A DNA stretch of 64,000 bases from Malacoraja senta (Eukaryota). The notes below the pieces were generated by a model. That model saw only the letters and a program-made list of their open reading frames with translations, did no database searches and was not told the DNA's origin. The stretch spans positions 8,372,001-8,436,000 of the forward strand of contig CM075988.1 in NCBI GenBank assembly GCA_038087875.1. Reading direction: 5' to 3'. Of the stretch, positions 38,155 to 50,723 are shown in pieces; the first letter of the stretch is position 1, and the number at the start of each line of letters is the position of its first letter. The position numbers and the translations under genes were made by a program.

Positions 38155-38280
38155 TGTAGAAACAAGGAACTTACAGATGCTGGTTTATATTTTAATAAAA
38201 AGACGCAGAGTGCTGGTGTCACTTAGTGGGTCAGGCAGCATCCCTTCAGAAGGGTGACGTTTTGGGTCGGCACCCTCATT
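38155..38280 (-). mobile_element. PLE 3'-end copy, decayed
   Basis: gaacttacagatgctgg...gggtgacgttttgggtcggcaccc. Confidence 0.7.
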
Positions 38281-38288
38281 CCCACTCT

Positions 38289-38597
38289 GGGGCGGCATGG
38301 TGGCACAGAGGTAGACTTGCTGCCTTGCAGTGCCGGAGACCCGGGTTCGATCCTGTCTACTGGTGCTGGATCTATGGATTTTGCATGTTCTACATGTAAC
38401 CGTGTGGGTTTTCTCCGAGTGCTCCGGATCATCTCACATTCCAAAGACGTGCAGTCGGTTGATTGGCTTCTGTAAATTGTCCGTAGTGTGTAGGATAGAA
38501 CTAGTTTTCAGGTGATCGTTTGTTGACGTGGACTCAGTGGGCCTATGAGCCTGTTTCCACGCTGTATCTCTACACTAAACTAAACTAAACTAAACTA
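38289..38597 (+). mobile_element. V-SINE, full length
   Basis: Head, V-domain, (ctaaa)n tail. Confidence 0.88.
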
Positions 38598-38608
38598 TAT
38601 ATTTATAG

Positions 38609-39092
38609 TCACCAGACTGATTCCTGGGATGTCAGGACTTTCATATGAAGAAAGACTGGATAGACTTGGCTTATACTCGCTAGAATTTAGGAGGTTGAGA
38701 GGGGATCTTATAGAAACGTACAAAATTCTTATGGGGTTGGACAGGCTAGATGCAGGAAGATTGTTCCCGATGTTGGGGAAGTCCAGGACAAGGGGTCACA
38801 GCTTAAGGATAAGGGGGAAATCCTTTAAGATCGAGATGAGGAAAAACTTTTTCACACAGAGAGTGGTGAATCTCTGGAACTCTCTGCCACAGAGGGTAGT
38901 TGAGGTCAGTTCATTGGCTATATTTAAGAGGGAGTTAGATGTGGCCCTTGTGGCTAAGGGGATCAGGGGGTATGGAGAGAAGGCAGGTACGGGATACTGA
39001 GTTGGATGATCAGCCATGATCATATTGAATGGCGGTGCAGGCTCGAAGGGCCGAATGGCCTACTCCTGCACCTATTTTCTATGTATCTATGT
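38609..39092 (+). mobile_element. Young CR1 LINE 3' end (ORF2 C-terminus intact)
   Basis: SYEERLDRLGLYSLEFRRLRGDLIETYKIL...TRGHSL...FFTQRVVNLWNSLP; 3' UTR and tail. Confidence 0.95.
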
Positions 39093-39873
39093 ATATTCCC
39101 ACACAAAACATCACCTGCCCATGTTATGCAGGAATGTTTTGCCTGATTCGGCACTTTGTATAGTTTTTTAACCTGAATTGTTCTCTCTATTTCTTTCTTG
39201 CTTGATGGACTACTGAATATATATTTTTTAATTTATTACCAATCGAAAGATTATGTGGTTGTTATGTTGTCATTGTTGGAATCAAACTTTGTGTGGGATG
39301 GTTCTATTTTGTCCTGCTCCTAATTCATATTTTCATTTAACATTAGGTGTTCAGGAAAGATAACCAAAGGTTATCTAAGATACTTAAATTACAACAGAAG
39401 CAGGAAAGAATCCATTTTATTGAGAAACAGAAAAAAAAATTACTCTGAATAATGGAACTCAGAAACAAAAACAAATTGCTGGGAATACTCAGCTGAGCAA
39501 AGAGAAACAGTGAATGGTTCTGAAAGCTCATTGGCCTAAACAGGTGACCCTGTTTAACTATCTATAGATTCTGTCTTATCTGCTGGGTGTTTTCATCATT
39601 TCCTTCCTTTGCTGCAGAATCCATTTAGTTTAGCTTAGTTTATTGTCACATGCACAGTGAAAAGCCTTTCTTTGCATGCTAACCAGTCAGCGGAAAGTGG
39701 AGAAGTTAAGAGGCAGTAGAAGTTAAGAGACAAGATGTCTCTAAAGTACTGCATGGTACCAAGTACTGAGAGGGAGTACAGGAGCAGAGCTGCGGGATAT
39801 TTACAAAACTGTGCAAGAATTCGTGAAGGAGTAATACCTGGGAACTTCAATTTTCTGAATATTGATTGGAAAA

Positions 39874-40180
39874 GGGTGGCACGGTGGCATAGTGATTAGA
39901 GCTACTGCCTTACAGCGCCAGAGACCTGGGTTCAATCCTGACTACGGATGCTATCTGTACGGAGTTTGTACGTTCTCCCCGTGACCGCGCAGATCTCCAA
40001 GATCTTCGGTTTCCTCCCACATTTCAAAGACATACAGGTTTGTGGGTTCTTTGGCTTGGTATAAATGTAAATTGTCCCAAGTGTGTGTAGGATAGTGTTA
40101 ATGTGCAGGGATCGTTGGTCGGTGAGGACTCGGTGATTGAAAGGGCCTGTTTCCGCACTGGGTCTCTAAACTAAACTAAA
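39874..40180 (+). mobile_element. V-SINE inserted in an old CR1 endonuclease remnant
   Basis: Full SINE; upstream ctgggaacttcaattttctgaatattgattgg (GNFNFxNIDW). Confidence 0.85.
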
Positions 40181-40906
40181 GTGTTAAAGAGCAAAGAATG
40201 GAAGGAATTTCTGAAATATGTTCAGGAGAACTTTCATTTATTCAGAAACATCTGAGTTCCGATGCAAGGTCTGGACCTGAAACACCAAGTGACCCCCCCC
40301 CCCCCCCCCCCCCCCCACAATATGCTGCTTAAGTTGTTGAGTTCCTTCAGCACTTTGTCTGTGCGCTCCAGATTTGTGTCTTTTGTAGATTTGTGTCTTT
40401 TTTTTCTAATCCAGCACCTGCAGTTCCTCGTATTCTCATCTAAAGGGAAATTTATTTGACTAAACTGATTGAATTATTTGGCAGAAGGAGCAGAGAAGAC
40501 ATAAAGATATCAACTCAATGGACTTTAATAAGGCATTTACCAAAGCCCCACATTTGCCCCTTATAATAAGTGGTCAGTGGCAGAATAGATACAAACCTGG
40601 CTCAAGGTGGAAAACAAAATCATGATATATGTTTCTTTTTTATACTGGAATATCACGTACATTTACATTTCTCTAAAATCAGTGCTCGGTGCTTTTTTTT
40701 GGGAAATGTTGACGATATGGTGATGTGACATACGTTAAAAATATTTACGGATGACTCCAAACTTAGAGCTTGGCAGGACATTGAGGAAACTGATGCTTGA
40801 CTGCATCAGGACACAGATAGGCAGACACGTGGCAGATGTAATTTTATACAGTGATAGGTGAAGTGATATATTTAAATGGAAACAAAGGTTGAGATAACAT
40901 AGACTA

Positions 40907-41137
40907 CCAGAAACAAGGAACTGAAGTTGCTGGTTTACAAAAGAAGGCACAGAGGGCTGGAGTAGCTCAGCGGGTCAGACAACATCTCAGGAGAACATGG
41001 ATGGATGATGTTTTGGATTGCGACACTTCTTTAGCATAAAACCTGCTGAAGAAAGGTTCTGGCCCAAAACATCACCTATCCATTTTCTCCTGAGATGATG
41101 CCTGACCCGCTGAGCTACTCCAGCCCTCTGTGTCTTT
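40907..41137. mobile_element. PLE fold-back element with ~14-bp TSD
   Basis: gataa(c/t)ata(g/c)acta at 40893-40906 and 41138-41151; ctgaagaaaggttctggcccaaaacatcacc. Confidence 0.85.
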
Positions 41138-41229
41138 GATAATATACACTATTTACTACAGATCTAATAGGCAGACAACAATGGGTATACTTTGTCGGTG
41201 CCCTTTATGTGGCCACTCTTAGCATACCT

Positions 41230-41425
41230 TGGGTTGCTGCCTTACTGCGCTTGCAGCACCAGAGACCCGGGTTCGATCCTGACTGCGGGTGTGTCTGTGC
41301 GGAGTTTGTACGTTCTCCCCGTGGGTTTCTTCCGAGATTTTCGGTTTCCTCCCACATTCCAAAGACGTACAGGTTTGTAGGTTGATCTGGCTTGGTTTAA
41401 GTGTAAATTGTTCCTAGTGTGTCTA
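41230..41425 (+). mobile_element. V-SINE, truncated
   Basis: ttactgcgcttgcagcaccagagacccgggttcgatcc plus V-domain. Confidence 0.85.
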
Positions 41426-41636
41426 GGCCGCTTATTTCCCTTCTGGGGTCAAGGAAAGAGTGTTCATATCGCAGCCCTGTTTCCACCAATCTTTCCACCA
41501 CCACACACAAGAAGCACAAGAAGCGACAAGACAGACACCATTGTATGCAGATGCCGAGAAGTGTGTTCAGCTCTGGCTGAACAACTTCTTATTTTGTGTG
41601 TGGACTCGATAAGAAGAAGATTTCCCTTCTTTTCCT

Positions 41637-41740
41637 AGTTCTGATGAAAGGTCATCAACATGAAACATTAACTCTGTTTCTCTCTCCACAGTTACTGCCC
41701 GACCTCCTGAGTATTTTCAGCATTTTCTGTTTTAATTTCA
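41637..41740 (+). mobile_element. Older PLE 3'-end subfamily with CTGATGA hammerhead
   Basis: agtt-CTGATGA-a-aggtcatcaacat-GAAA-catt-aact; stem I agtt/aact. Confidence 0.7.
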
Positions 41741-41837
41741 GGTTTTAAACATATTTTGCTTTTCAAGAGTCAAGAGTGTTAAATTTGGCATATGTACTGA
41801 CAATGGAACAATGAAATTATTACTGGCAACACCTTCA

Positions 41838-42124
41838 GACTAGACTTTAGAGATACAGCATGGAAGCAGGCCCTTCGGCCCCTCAAGTCCATGCCGACCA
41901 GCGATCACCCAGTACACTAGCAATATCACACACTCTAGGGACAATTTACAATTAACAGAAGCCAAGTAACCTACAAACCTGCATGTGTTTGGAATGTGGG
42001 AGGAAACCGGAGAACCCGGAGGAAACCCACATGGTCACAGGCAGAACGCACAAAAGCTGTACAGACAGCACCCATGGCCAGGATCGAACCCAGGTCTCTA
42101 TTGCTGCACCACTGTGCTGCCCCT
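41838..42124 (-). mobile_element. V-SINE, full length
   Basis: Tail, V-domain, head. Confidence 0.88.
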
Positions 42125-42659
42125 AAACAGGCAATACACATGGACAACATATAATAATCAAAAAAATGAATACCTTTAATACTTGTACAATGGTTGAAGG
42201 CCTTTGTACAACCAAAGATAGTCCACACAAGTTCATAATTGCTGAGGTCAGTGTGGCTGAGTCAAGAGCCTGGTGGTTGTTGCTCCTCAGCCAATGAAGT
42301 ATGTTGTGACCTTGGTGTCAATTAGAAAATGTATCTTCTGGCTAGAGTGAACCAGATGTCAAGGTCACATGCATGATGCATGGTTCAGGTCAAACGTATG
42401 GCTGGGAGGTTAGAAAGAGGTGATGGATCTCTGCACAATGCATGCCATGGCCCTAATGGAAGACAATTACGGAGGGTGATTGGGATTGCATGAGTGAGGG
42501 CAGGTGAGATAGATCACGGGTTGGGGGGGGGGGGGTGGTCATTGAAGGAGAATTGGACATATGGGGTCAATGATTTATTGGAACAATTGTAGGGGGGGGG
42601 GCTGTGGAAGGTGTTTCAGAATTTTGCTAAACATTATACAAGAATTGAAGTACTTATTG

Positions 42660-42962
42660 AACTACAGTCACTGCTGTAACGTAGGAAATGTGGTGATCAA
42701 TTTGTACATAGCAGGCTTCACAATGAGCAAAAAAACCAGATACTCTGCTTTGGCAGTGTTGACTGGGGTATAAATATTAGCAGGGCCGTGGACATAACTC
42801 CCTCCTCTTCTTTAAAGAAGCACTAAGGATCATATAAAACAAACTAATAAAGCACATGGGGGTTCAATGAGAGCTCTGAAACAAAACATGGCATATTTGG
42901 CAACACAGCACTCTATTATCAGTGTGGGTTTTAGCTCAAGACCAGAGTGGGATTTGAACCTA
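42660..42962 (-). mobile_element. Deu-domain SINE relic
   Basis: gtcactgctgtaacgtaggaaa...ataaatattag...ctcttctt...gctcaagaccagagtgggatttgaacc matches the antisense Deu-SINE layout. Confidence 0.65.
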
Positions 42963-43199
42963 ATGGAACCCGACCCCATTGATTATACCTGTAAATTATA
43001 CTAAAAAGTTAAAGTGGTTAATGTCTAGCCGGATTGGATTTGTATTTGAAATATTTACAAGTTTACTTTTCATCTTCACAAACCCACCCAATTTGGGGGC
43101 TAATATTTATCCCGTTACTTCTGAACCTTAAATTCTAAACCGCTCCCCATCTAATCTTACAGTCTAATGCTGCATTTAAACACAGAATATTCAGGCTAA

Positions 43200-43440
43200 A
43201 ATGCAAACTTGCATTCACACATATGCAAAAATAGACACACACACACACACACAAGTATACATAAGAGATATGCTCACCTTCGAAGAGACAGATAGACATA
43301 TAGAGTCTCAGAGACACATACACACACGCTATGGCGGGCACATTCACACACAGACATTTTCAGAAATTCATGCAGATACACACACTCACAGAGACATACA
43401 TGTACAAACATAAACAGATACATTCAGAGACACATTGTCA
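43200..43440. repeat. Degenerate (CA)/(GACA) tract
   Basis: acacacacac and agacacat repeats. Confidence 0.75.
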
Positions 43441-43707
43441 AAAATGCAGGAACATCTTCCCTTATCTCATGGATAAGGGTAGCATAGTGATACAGCGATT
43501 AAACCTGCTACCTCACAGCTCCCATGACATGAGGTTTGCACGTTCTCCCTGTGATGGTGTAGACTACATCCGGGTGTTCCAGTTTCCTCATACATCTCAG
43601 AGATGTGCAGGTTAATACATTATTTGGCCAATTGGCGTAAATTGCACCTAGTATGTAGGTGAGTGATAATATCTAGGGGATATTGAGGGAAATATGATTA
43701 GCATAAA

Positions 43708-44235
43708 GGGTGACATGGTGGTGCAGCGGTAGAGTTGCTGCCTTAAGGGCCTGTCCCACTTGGACGTCATTTGCATGTCATTTACGTGACATAATTTACG
43801 CATCGTGACGCGCAAGTGATGCGCGCATGGTGCACATTACGCGCGCATGGTGCGTGGTGACGTAGGCAGTGACGTGCGGTCGAGCGCGGTGCCCCAGGAT
43901 TTTGGGATGTACAAAATCTTCGTGCGCCATCTGCGTGATGCGCAAATGACGCCCAAGTGGGAGAGGCCCTTTACAGTGTCAGAGACCTGGGTTCGATCCT
44001 GAATATGGGTGCTGGCTGTACAGAGTTAGTGCATTCTCCCCGTCACCCCCGTGAGCTCCAGTTTCCCCGCATACGTCAAAGACGTGCAGATTTGTAAGTT
44101 AATTGGCTTGGTAAAATAGTCAATTGTCCTTAGTGCGTGCAGGATTATGTTAGTCCGCGGGGATCGCTGGTCAACACAGACTCAGTGGGCCGAATGGGCT
44201 TGTTTCTGCGCTGTATCACTAAACTAAACTAAAAT
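43708..44235 (+). mobile_element. V-SINE carrying a MITE insertion
   Basis: gttgctgccTTA[MITE]TTAcagtgtcagagacc; removing the MITE restores the SINE head. Confidence 0.9.
43746..43970. mobile_element. 225-bp MITE, PIF/Harbinger-like
   Basis: ~35-bp TIR agggcctgtcccacttggacgtcatttgc / gcaaatgacgcccaagtgggagaggccct; exact TTA TSD at 43743-45 and 43971-73. Confidence 0.9.
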
Positions 44236-45056
44236 AAACATAAAGAGACTTGATGGGCTGAAGGGCCAGTTTCAGTGCTGTATGACTGTCAAATTTTAGC
44301 ACACATATACACAATCAATCAGAAACTTGAACATATGCACAAAGGCATAATAAGCACGAGTATATGGCTATACCATAACATTACAAATCACTAAGTGCAT
44401 CCAACTAGGATTACTGTAAGCTTGTTTAAAGAAGAACTGTCTGGAAAGGCCATTGTTACTGATGAATGCTCAGTGTTGGTAATTTAAAATCCTGCAAACG
44501 TTTGAATCCCTGGCCTGAATGGAATGAGATGAATTAGTGTGATTAACGTTTAATAAATCTGTGTGGAGGAATTACACAGGCGCAACTGAGAGTGTGGGTG
44601 CTTCCACTAAATTACGATTGGAACATATTATGGAAATATTTGTTGCTTCCAAGCATGAAATCTAAATATTCATTTGCAGAATTGTGTGCAGTAAGGGATA
44701 ATTATGTTTAATGTATTCAGAATTGTCAACAATATGCAGAGTAAATGAAGAGGGAATCACGTTGATGTCCAATTAATTTGTGCCTCCTGCTCTCATCCCT
44801 AATTTTCCCTCTCAGTGTTTGCTGGGTTTTAGACTATTGGTCACCAGCTGGGAATGCGCTGAGAAGACTGATCCACATACATGACCCTAAATACTAAATT
44901 TTACTAGATATATGATTATTGGCAGCATCGGGCATCCCTTCTGCACAAAGAGAAAAAACCTGGGAGAATCTTCACTTCACTGTAACATAGAATGGCTGTT
45001 AGCTATTTTGCAGACACAAACCCTGCTAAACTGTGGGATTTTCACCAATACGATTT

Positions 45057-45694
45057 TAGACAATAGACATACACAATCGGTGCAGGAGTAGGCCATTCGG
45101 CCCTTCGAGCCAGCACCGCCATTCAAGTTGATCATGGCTGATCATCCCCAATCAGTACCCCGTTCCTGCCTTCTCCCCATATCCCTGACTCCGCTATATT
45201 TAAGAGCCCTATCTAGCTCTCTCTTGAAAGTATCCAGAGAACCGGCCTCCACCGCCCTCTGAGGCAGAGAATTCCACACACTCACAACTCTCTGTGAGAA
45301 AAAGTGTTTCCTTTTCTCCGTTCTAAATGGCTTACCCCTTATTCTTAAACTGTGGCCCCTGGTTCTGGACTCCCCCAACATCGGGAACATGTTTCCTGCC
45401 TCTAGCATGTCCAAACCCTTAACAATCTTATATGTTTGAATAAGATATCCTCTCATCCTTCTAAACTCCAGAGTGTACAAGCCCAGCCGCTCCATTCTCC
45501 CAGCATATGACAGTTCTGCCATCCCGGGAATTAACCTTGTAAACCTGCGCTGCACTCCCTCAATAGCAAGAATGTCCTTCCTCAAATTAGGGGACCAAAA
45601 TTGCACACAATACTCCAGGTGTAGTCTCACTAGGGCCCTGTACAACTGCAGAAGGATCTCTTTGCTCCTATACTCGACTCCTCTTGTTATGAAG
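45057..45694 (-). mobile_element. Young CR1 LINE 3' end
   Basis: ORF 45142-45645: YRALVRLHLEYCVQFWSP...WNSLPQRAVEA. Confidence 0.95.
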
Positions 45695-45857
45695 ATTTTG
45701 TTAGTGATGACCAGGTACTGAGAAACATGGACCTGTAATAATAAGGCACGCTCCGCTGCTCAGACAAGATAACAAGATATTCGATGAGTGTAAACATCAG
45801 GATGAAAACTTTAATTAAAACCACTGATGCCGGAAATCTGAAACAGAAGCAGAAAAA

Positions 45858-45934
45858 AGTGGCACAGTGGCGCAGTGGTGGAGCTGCTGTCTCACAGCGC
45901 CAGATACCTGGGTTCGATCCTGACTATGGGTGTT
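45858..45934 (+). mobile_element. V-SINE head joined to a Rex1 fragment
   Basis: gtggcacagtggcgcagtgg...gggttcgatcctgactatgggtgttgt. Confidence 0.8.
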
Positions 45935-47773
45935 GTCCCTTCTACCTTCCAAGGGAATTCACCTCCATCATCGTGACCGCGGCCTACATCCCACCCCAGG
46001 CTGATGTCCATCTGGCACTGGGGGAGCTGCACGCCGTGGTCAACAAGCACCATACGGCTTACCCCGAGGCGTTTACCACCATAGCCGGGGACTTCAACAA
46101 AGCCAACCTGAAGAAATCGCTCCTTAACTTCTACCAACATGTCTCCTGCAGCACCAGAGGATCAAACGCCCTCGACCACTGCTACATGACCACTAATGAT
46201 GCCTATCGATCTTTGGTAAATCCGACCATACTGCGGTGCTGCTGCTTCCTGCCTACAGGCAGCAATTGAAGAGCGCACCCCCAGAGGTGAGGACTGTACA
46301 GAGCTGGTCGAGGGGGGGGGGGGGGGGCAGAGGAACAACTCCAGGACTGTTTGGAGTCTATGGACTGGGCAATGTTCAGGGACTCGGCAACAGACCTGAA
46401 TGAATACGTGTATTCATTCAGGTCCATTGTTGAGTCCTGGAACATTGTCACAGACTTCATAAAGAAATGTGTGGAGGACTGCATCCCAACAAAAACCTTC
46501 AGAGTGTTTCCTAACCGAAGCCTTGGGTGAACCATGAGATCCACACTCTTCTGAAGTACAGATCCTGGGCATTCAGGTCTGGAGATACAGAGGTCTACAA
46601 GAAGTCCAGATACAACCTTGGTAAGGCCATCAAAAAGGCCAAAAGGGACTTCTGCTCCAAGCTGGAGGATGAGACGGATGTTCGGCAACTGTGGCAGGAC
46701 TTGTATGCCATCACCTCCTACAAGGCGAAATCAGGAGGCAGCTCAAATGTCAGCGAAGCATCACTCCCTGAAGAGCTCAATGCGTTTTACGCACGCTTTG
46801 ATAGGGAGAACACAGATGTGCCTTCCCGAGCCCCCATTCACCATGATGGTATTTCAGTCACAGTCACAGAGGACGACGTCAGAAGATCCTTCAAACGGAT
46901 GAACCCTCGAAAGGCACCTGGACCTGATGGTATACCCGGTCGTGTTCTAAAAACCTGTGCGGACCAACTGGCTGGAGTTTTTACGGACATTTTCAACCTC
47001 TCACTTCTGAGGTCTGAGGTTCCCACCTGCTTTAAAAGGGCATCAATAATACCGGTGCCCTAGATGAGAAAGGTGACGTGCCTCAATGACTATCGACCAG
47101 TGACACTTACGTCTGTGGTGATGAAGTGCTTTGAGAGGTTGATTATGGCGCATATCAACTCCTACCTCGACAAGAACCTGGACGCACTGCAGTTCGCTTA
47201 CCGCCACAACAGATCAACGGTGGATGCGATCTCACTGGCTCTCCATTACGCTCTGGACCACTTGGACAACAAAAACTCATATGTCAGGCTGTTATTCATT
47301 GATTACAGCTCGGCATTTAATACAATCATCCCCTCCAAGCTGGTTACCAAGCTCTCAGTACTGGGTCTCTGTGCATCCCTCTGCAATTGGATCCTCGACT
47401 TCCTCATCCACAGACCACAGTCTGTCCGTATTGGTGGAAATGTGTCATCCTCGATAACAATCAGCACGGGAGCACCTCAAGGCTACGTGCTCAGCCCTAT
47501 GGTTTACTCACTCTATACTCATGACTGCGTAGCCGGACATAGTGCGAACTCCATCATCAAGTTCGCCGACGACACCACTGTTGTGGGACGTATCACTGAT
47601 GGGGATGAGTCAGAGTATAGAAGAGAGATCGACCGATTGACCAAATGGTGCCAGCACAATAACCTGGCTCTCAACACCAGCAATACCAAAGAACTGATTG
47701 TGGACTTTGGAAGGGGTAGGACAGGGACCCACAATCCCGTTTATATCAACGGGACGATGGTGGAAAGGGTCAA
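45935..47773 (+). pseudogene. Rex1/Babar LINE ORF fragment (APE endonuclease C-half + RT), disrupted
   Basis: [69 protein letters not shown]; frameshifts plus stop at 47061-47063. Confidence 0.95.
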
Positions 47774-48054
47774 GATGCTGCCTCACCCGCTGAGTTTCTC
47801 CTGCATTTTTTGTCTACCTTCTCTGTGACACTTGTGCTTTTGCCAGTTGCTCAGACTTCCTCCCATAGTCCCAAAGACCTGTGGCCCACTGGGTAGAAGA
47901 AGAAGGAATAGGTTGTGGGAGAAAGGGATTGTTCTCAAAGATGACCTCGACTTGAGGGACAAACTGTTGGCCTCTTCCTCTCTCTCTTCCTCTTTCCTTT
48001 TCTCTCTCCCTTAGTCCTGCTATGTTCTTAAGAAATAGATTGGATACATGCACA

Positions 48055-48458
48055 GTCCTTTACCCAGAGTAGGGCAATCAAGAACCAGAGGGCATAGGTT
48101 TAGGTGAGGGAGGGGGGGAAGGACGATTTAATAGGAACCTGAGGGGCAACTTTTTTTTACACAATTAGGTATATGGAATGTGCTGCCGGAGGAGGTAGTT
48201 GAGGCAGATACTTTCACAATGTTTAAAATACATTTGGACAGGTATATGGATAGGATAGATTTGGAGGGATATGGCCCTTGTCCACATAACTTGTCCATGG
48301 AACTTGTCCACGCTAACCAACATCCCCCATCTTCACTAGTCCCACCTGCCTGTGTTATGGGCCAAATACTGGCAGGTGGGACTAGTGTAGATGGGGCATG
48401 TTGGTCAGCTTGGGCAAGTTGGGCTGAAGGGCCTGTTTCCGCGCTGCGTGACTATGAA
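48055..48458 (+). mobile_element. CR1 3' end containing a 50-bp inverted duplication
   Basis: LPEEVVEA...FKIHLDRYMD; arms 48301-48350 and 48371-48420. Confidence 0.85.
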
Positions 48459-49277
48459 AAATAGTTGAGCAACCAAATTAAGCAGACATAAATGGTTGGT
48501 GGAGGGCAGCAGATAAGAAGGTTGAGCATCCAGAGAGATCGAGTTATGACGTATGCTGAGGTCTAATCAATGTGTGGCCCAGCAGAATTTCCTCTTCTTC
48601 TGTCATCAGTGTCTGAGCTTTCCCAGGTTCACATAAGATTGAAATTGTCAAACAGTTGGAGGCTGCTGGAGATACTGAATAAATAAACGTTCATTTTTCT
48701 GAAGTCAATGCTGCGAGTGACAGGGGCAGGAGGTGGCAGTCACTGGTCACTGCAAGAGGCCAGTGTTGCCCGCGGTGACTCATGGACAGATTCCACTCCC
48801 CTCCTGTGCAGCGATCCCATCTCCCTGGCCTTTTCCTGTCCTGCTCAGCAAAGCTTGCAGGCTTCCTGCCCACAAACAATGTGCCTAGTGTCACTCCCAC
48901 ATCTGGCTGCCTCTTGAGTTACTTCTTGAGCCTTCCCTTCCCTCCCCCCCCCCCCCCCCACCACCCCCCAAAATCCAAAGCCTCTTGCTTTCTTTTCATT
49001 GAACACAGTAATACAGGATAAAAGCCACTGGTACCCAGGGGAGAAGGTGCTCTGCTCACTTGCGTCAGAACATTTGACTCGCGCTCCGCTTTCTTGCTTC
49101 AATGGCTTCTGTATTGACTACTTTGATCCTCTTTCCCCACCTCTCCTGATCACTTTTCTCCATCTGCCGCTCTCCCGATGTCTTTCAACTTTGTCATGAG
49201 TCTTGACATATCATTTTGTTAAGTGCACCTGTAAGCACAAGTTTGTTTTCTCCACTATTGGATAGACTGCAAGAGAT

Positions 49278-49590
49278 TCAGAGAGAGAAACAGAGCGAGA
49301 GGGAGAATGAGAGAAAGTGAGAGCAAGAGAGAGACAATGAAAGAGGGAGAGAGAAAGGGGGGTGAGGAAGAGAGAGAAAAGCAAGTGATAGGAAGAGAGA
49401 GAGAAAAATAATGAGAAAGAGAGGGAGGTAGAGAAAAAGAGAGGAAGAGGGAGGGAATAAGAGACAGAAATAGGAAAGAGAAAAAGAAAGAGAAGTGAAA
49501 GATGGAGAGAGAGAAAGAGAGAGATTCAGTGAGAGACAGAGACAGAGACGGAGACGGAGACAGAGCAAGAGAGAGAGAGAGAGAGAGGGA
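49278..49590. repeat. Purine-rich (GA) low-complexity tract
   Basis: Almost exclusively G/A on + strand. Confidence 0.9.
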
Positions 49591-50723
49591 CTAAGCTGAC
49601 ACATCAGTGTGGAAGCCCAGATATATTGTAAACTCCACACTTTTGATGGGATATTATACTGAAGCGTGCTCCATTCATTCAGTAAGAAATTGCAAATGTT
49701 ATGCCATTGCCATGAGAAATTTGCTTCACCCTCATATGTAATTCAGAATGCTGACTGTGGAAACTGGGTGAATTAGTAAAGAGTTCTGGGAAAACTTACC
49801 AGACTAAAATCTCAAATGCGTAGATGATCTTATGAGCAAACATGGGGCAGGCTACGCTCATACCCACTGTGGACAGTGGAAACATACATGATCCTGAGGA
49901 GCCTTGAGAGCGTTGATGCGGAGGAAAGCTTCCTCTTGTGAAGAATTCGCTCTTCAAGGCAGGGATGAGGTAATATTCTATATCTGTCAGAAGTCTTTGA
50001 ACCTCTCTGCCTCAAAGAACAATATTAGCCAAGTCTTTTAGGACAGAGATAGAGGGATAAGCAAGGGGTGAAAAGCTGACATAGACAGGACTGCAGAGTG
50101 AATTTACAATCAGTCACAATCTTATTCAATGTCAGAACTGGCACAAGGGATTGAATGGCCTATTCCTGCCCCATCTCTTGTTCATACCTTCGTAATTAAA
50201 ATGTACCAGATAGTTTCTTGTATTGTCAGAGTTATGTCAGAGAATGTGAAGGTGCAGTGTAGATGAGGCATGGTTTAACGGGATTGAGGAAAAGACTGTC
50301 TGATTTCTTAACACATTCCTCCTTCAACCAAAGACCTGGTTGAAGTTTCATCGATCTCCCTGCTCTAAAGGGTTTGCCTATAAAATAATGGTTGCTGATT
50401 CCAAGTACTGATGCATTGTGTGAAGTGCATTGAGCTGTTTCACTGATGTGATAAGGCACATATCCCTGTAAGCATCAGGGACTCAGCAACTCCTATCTCA
50501 ACCCCTGTCACCCAACATGACCTCAGAGGCTAATAAAATGGCACTGACACCCAACGTCACAATCTGCCCAATAAAATGATCACAAGTCTCTGCGTTTATT
50601 CTGTTTTACTGCTTGATGTGGTTGTTGAGGGACCTGTCCCAGTCCATGCAGATACAGATAACACAGCTCCAGAATATTTATTCAATAAAAAAACATAAAT
50701 GTGGTAAATGATATTCCGATCTC

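Noticed and set aside
43746..43760. MITE terminus resembles the SINE tail aagggcctgtttcc
   Set aside because: Only about 10 matching bases; MITE ends are inverted pairs with a TSD, so the similarity is probably coincidental.
49278..49640. Ser/Leu-rich 120-aa ORF
   Set aside because: Antisense translation of a GA-rich tract.
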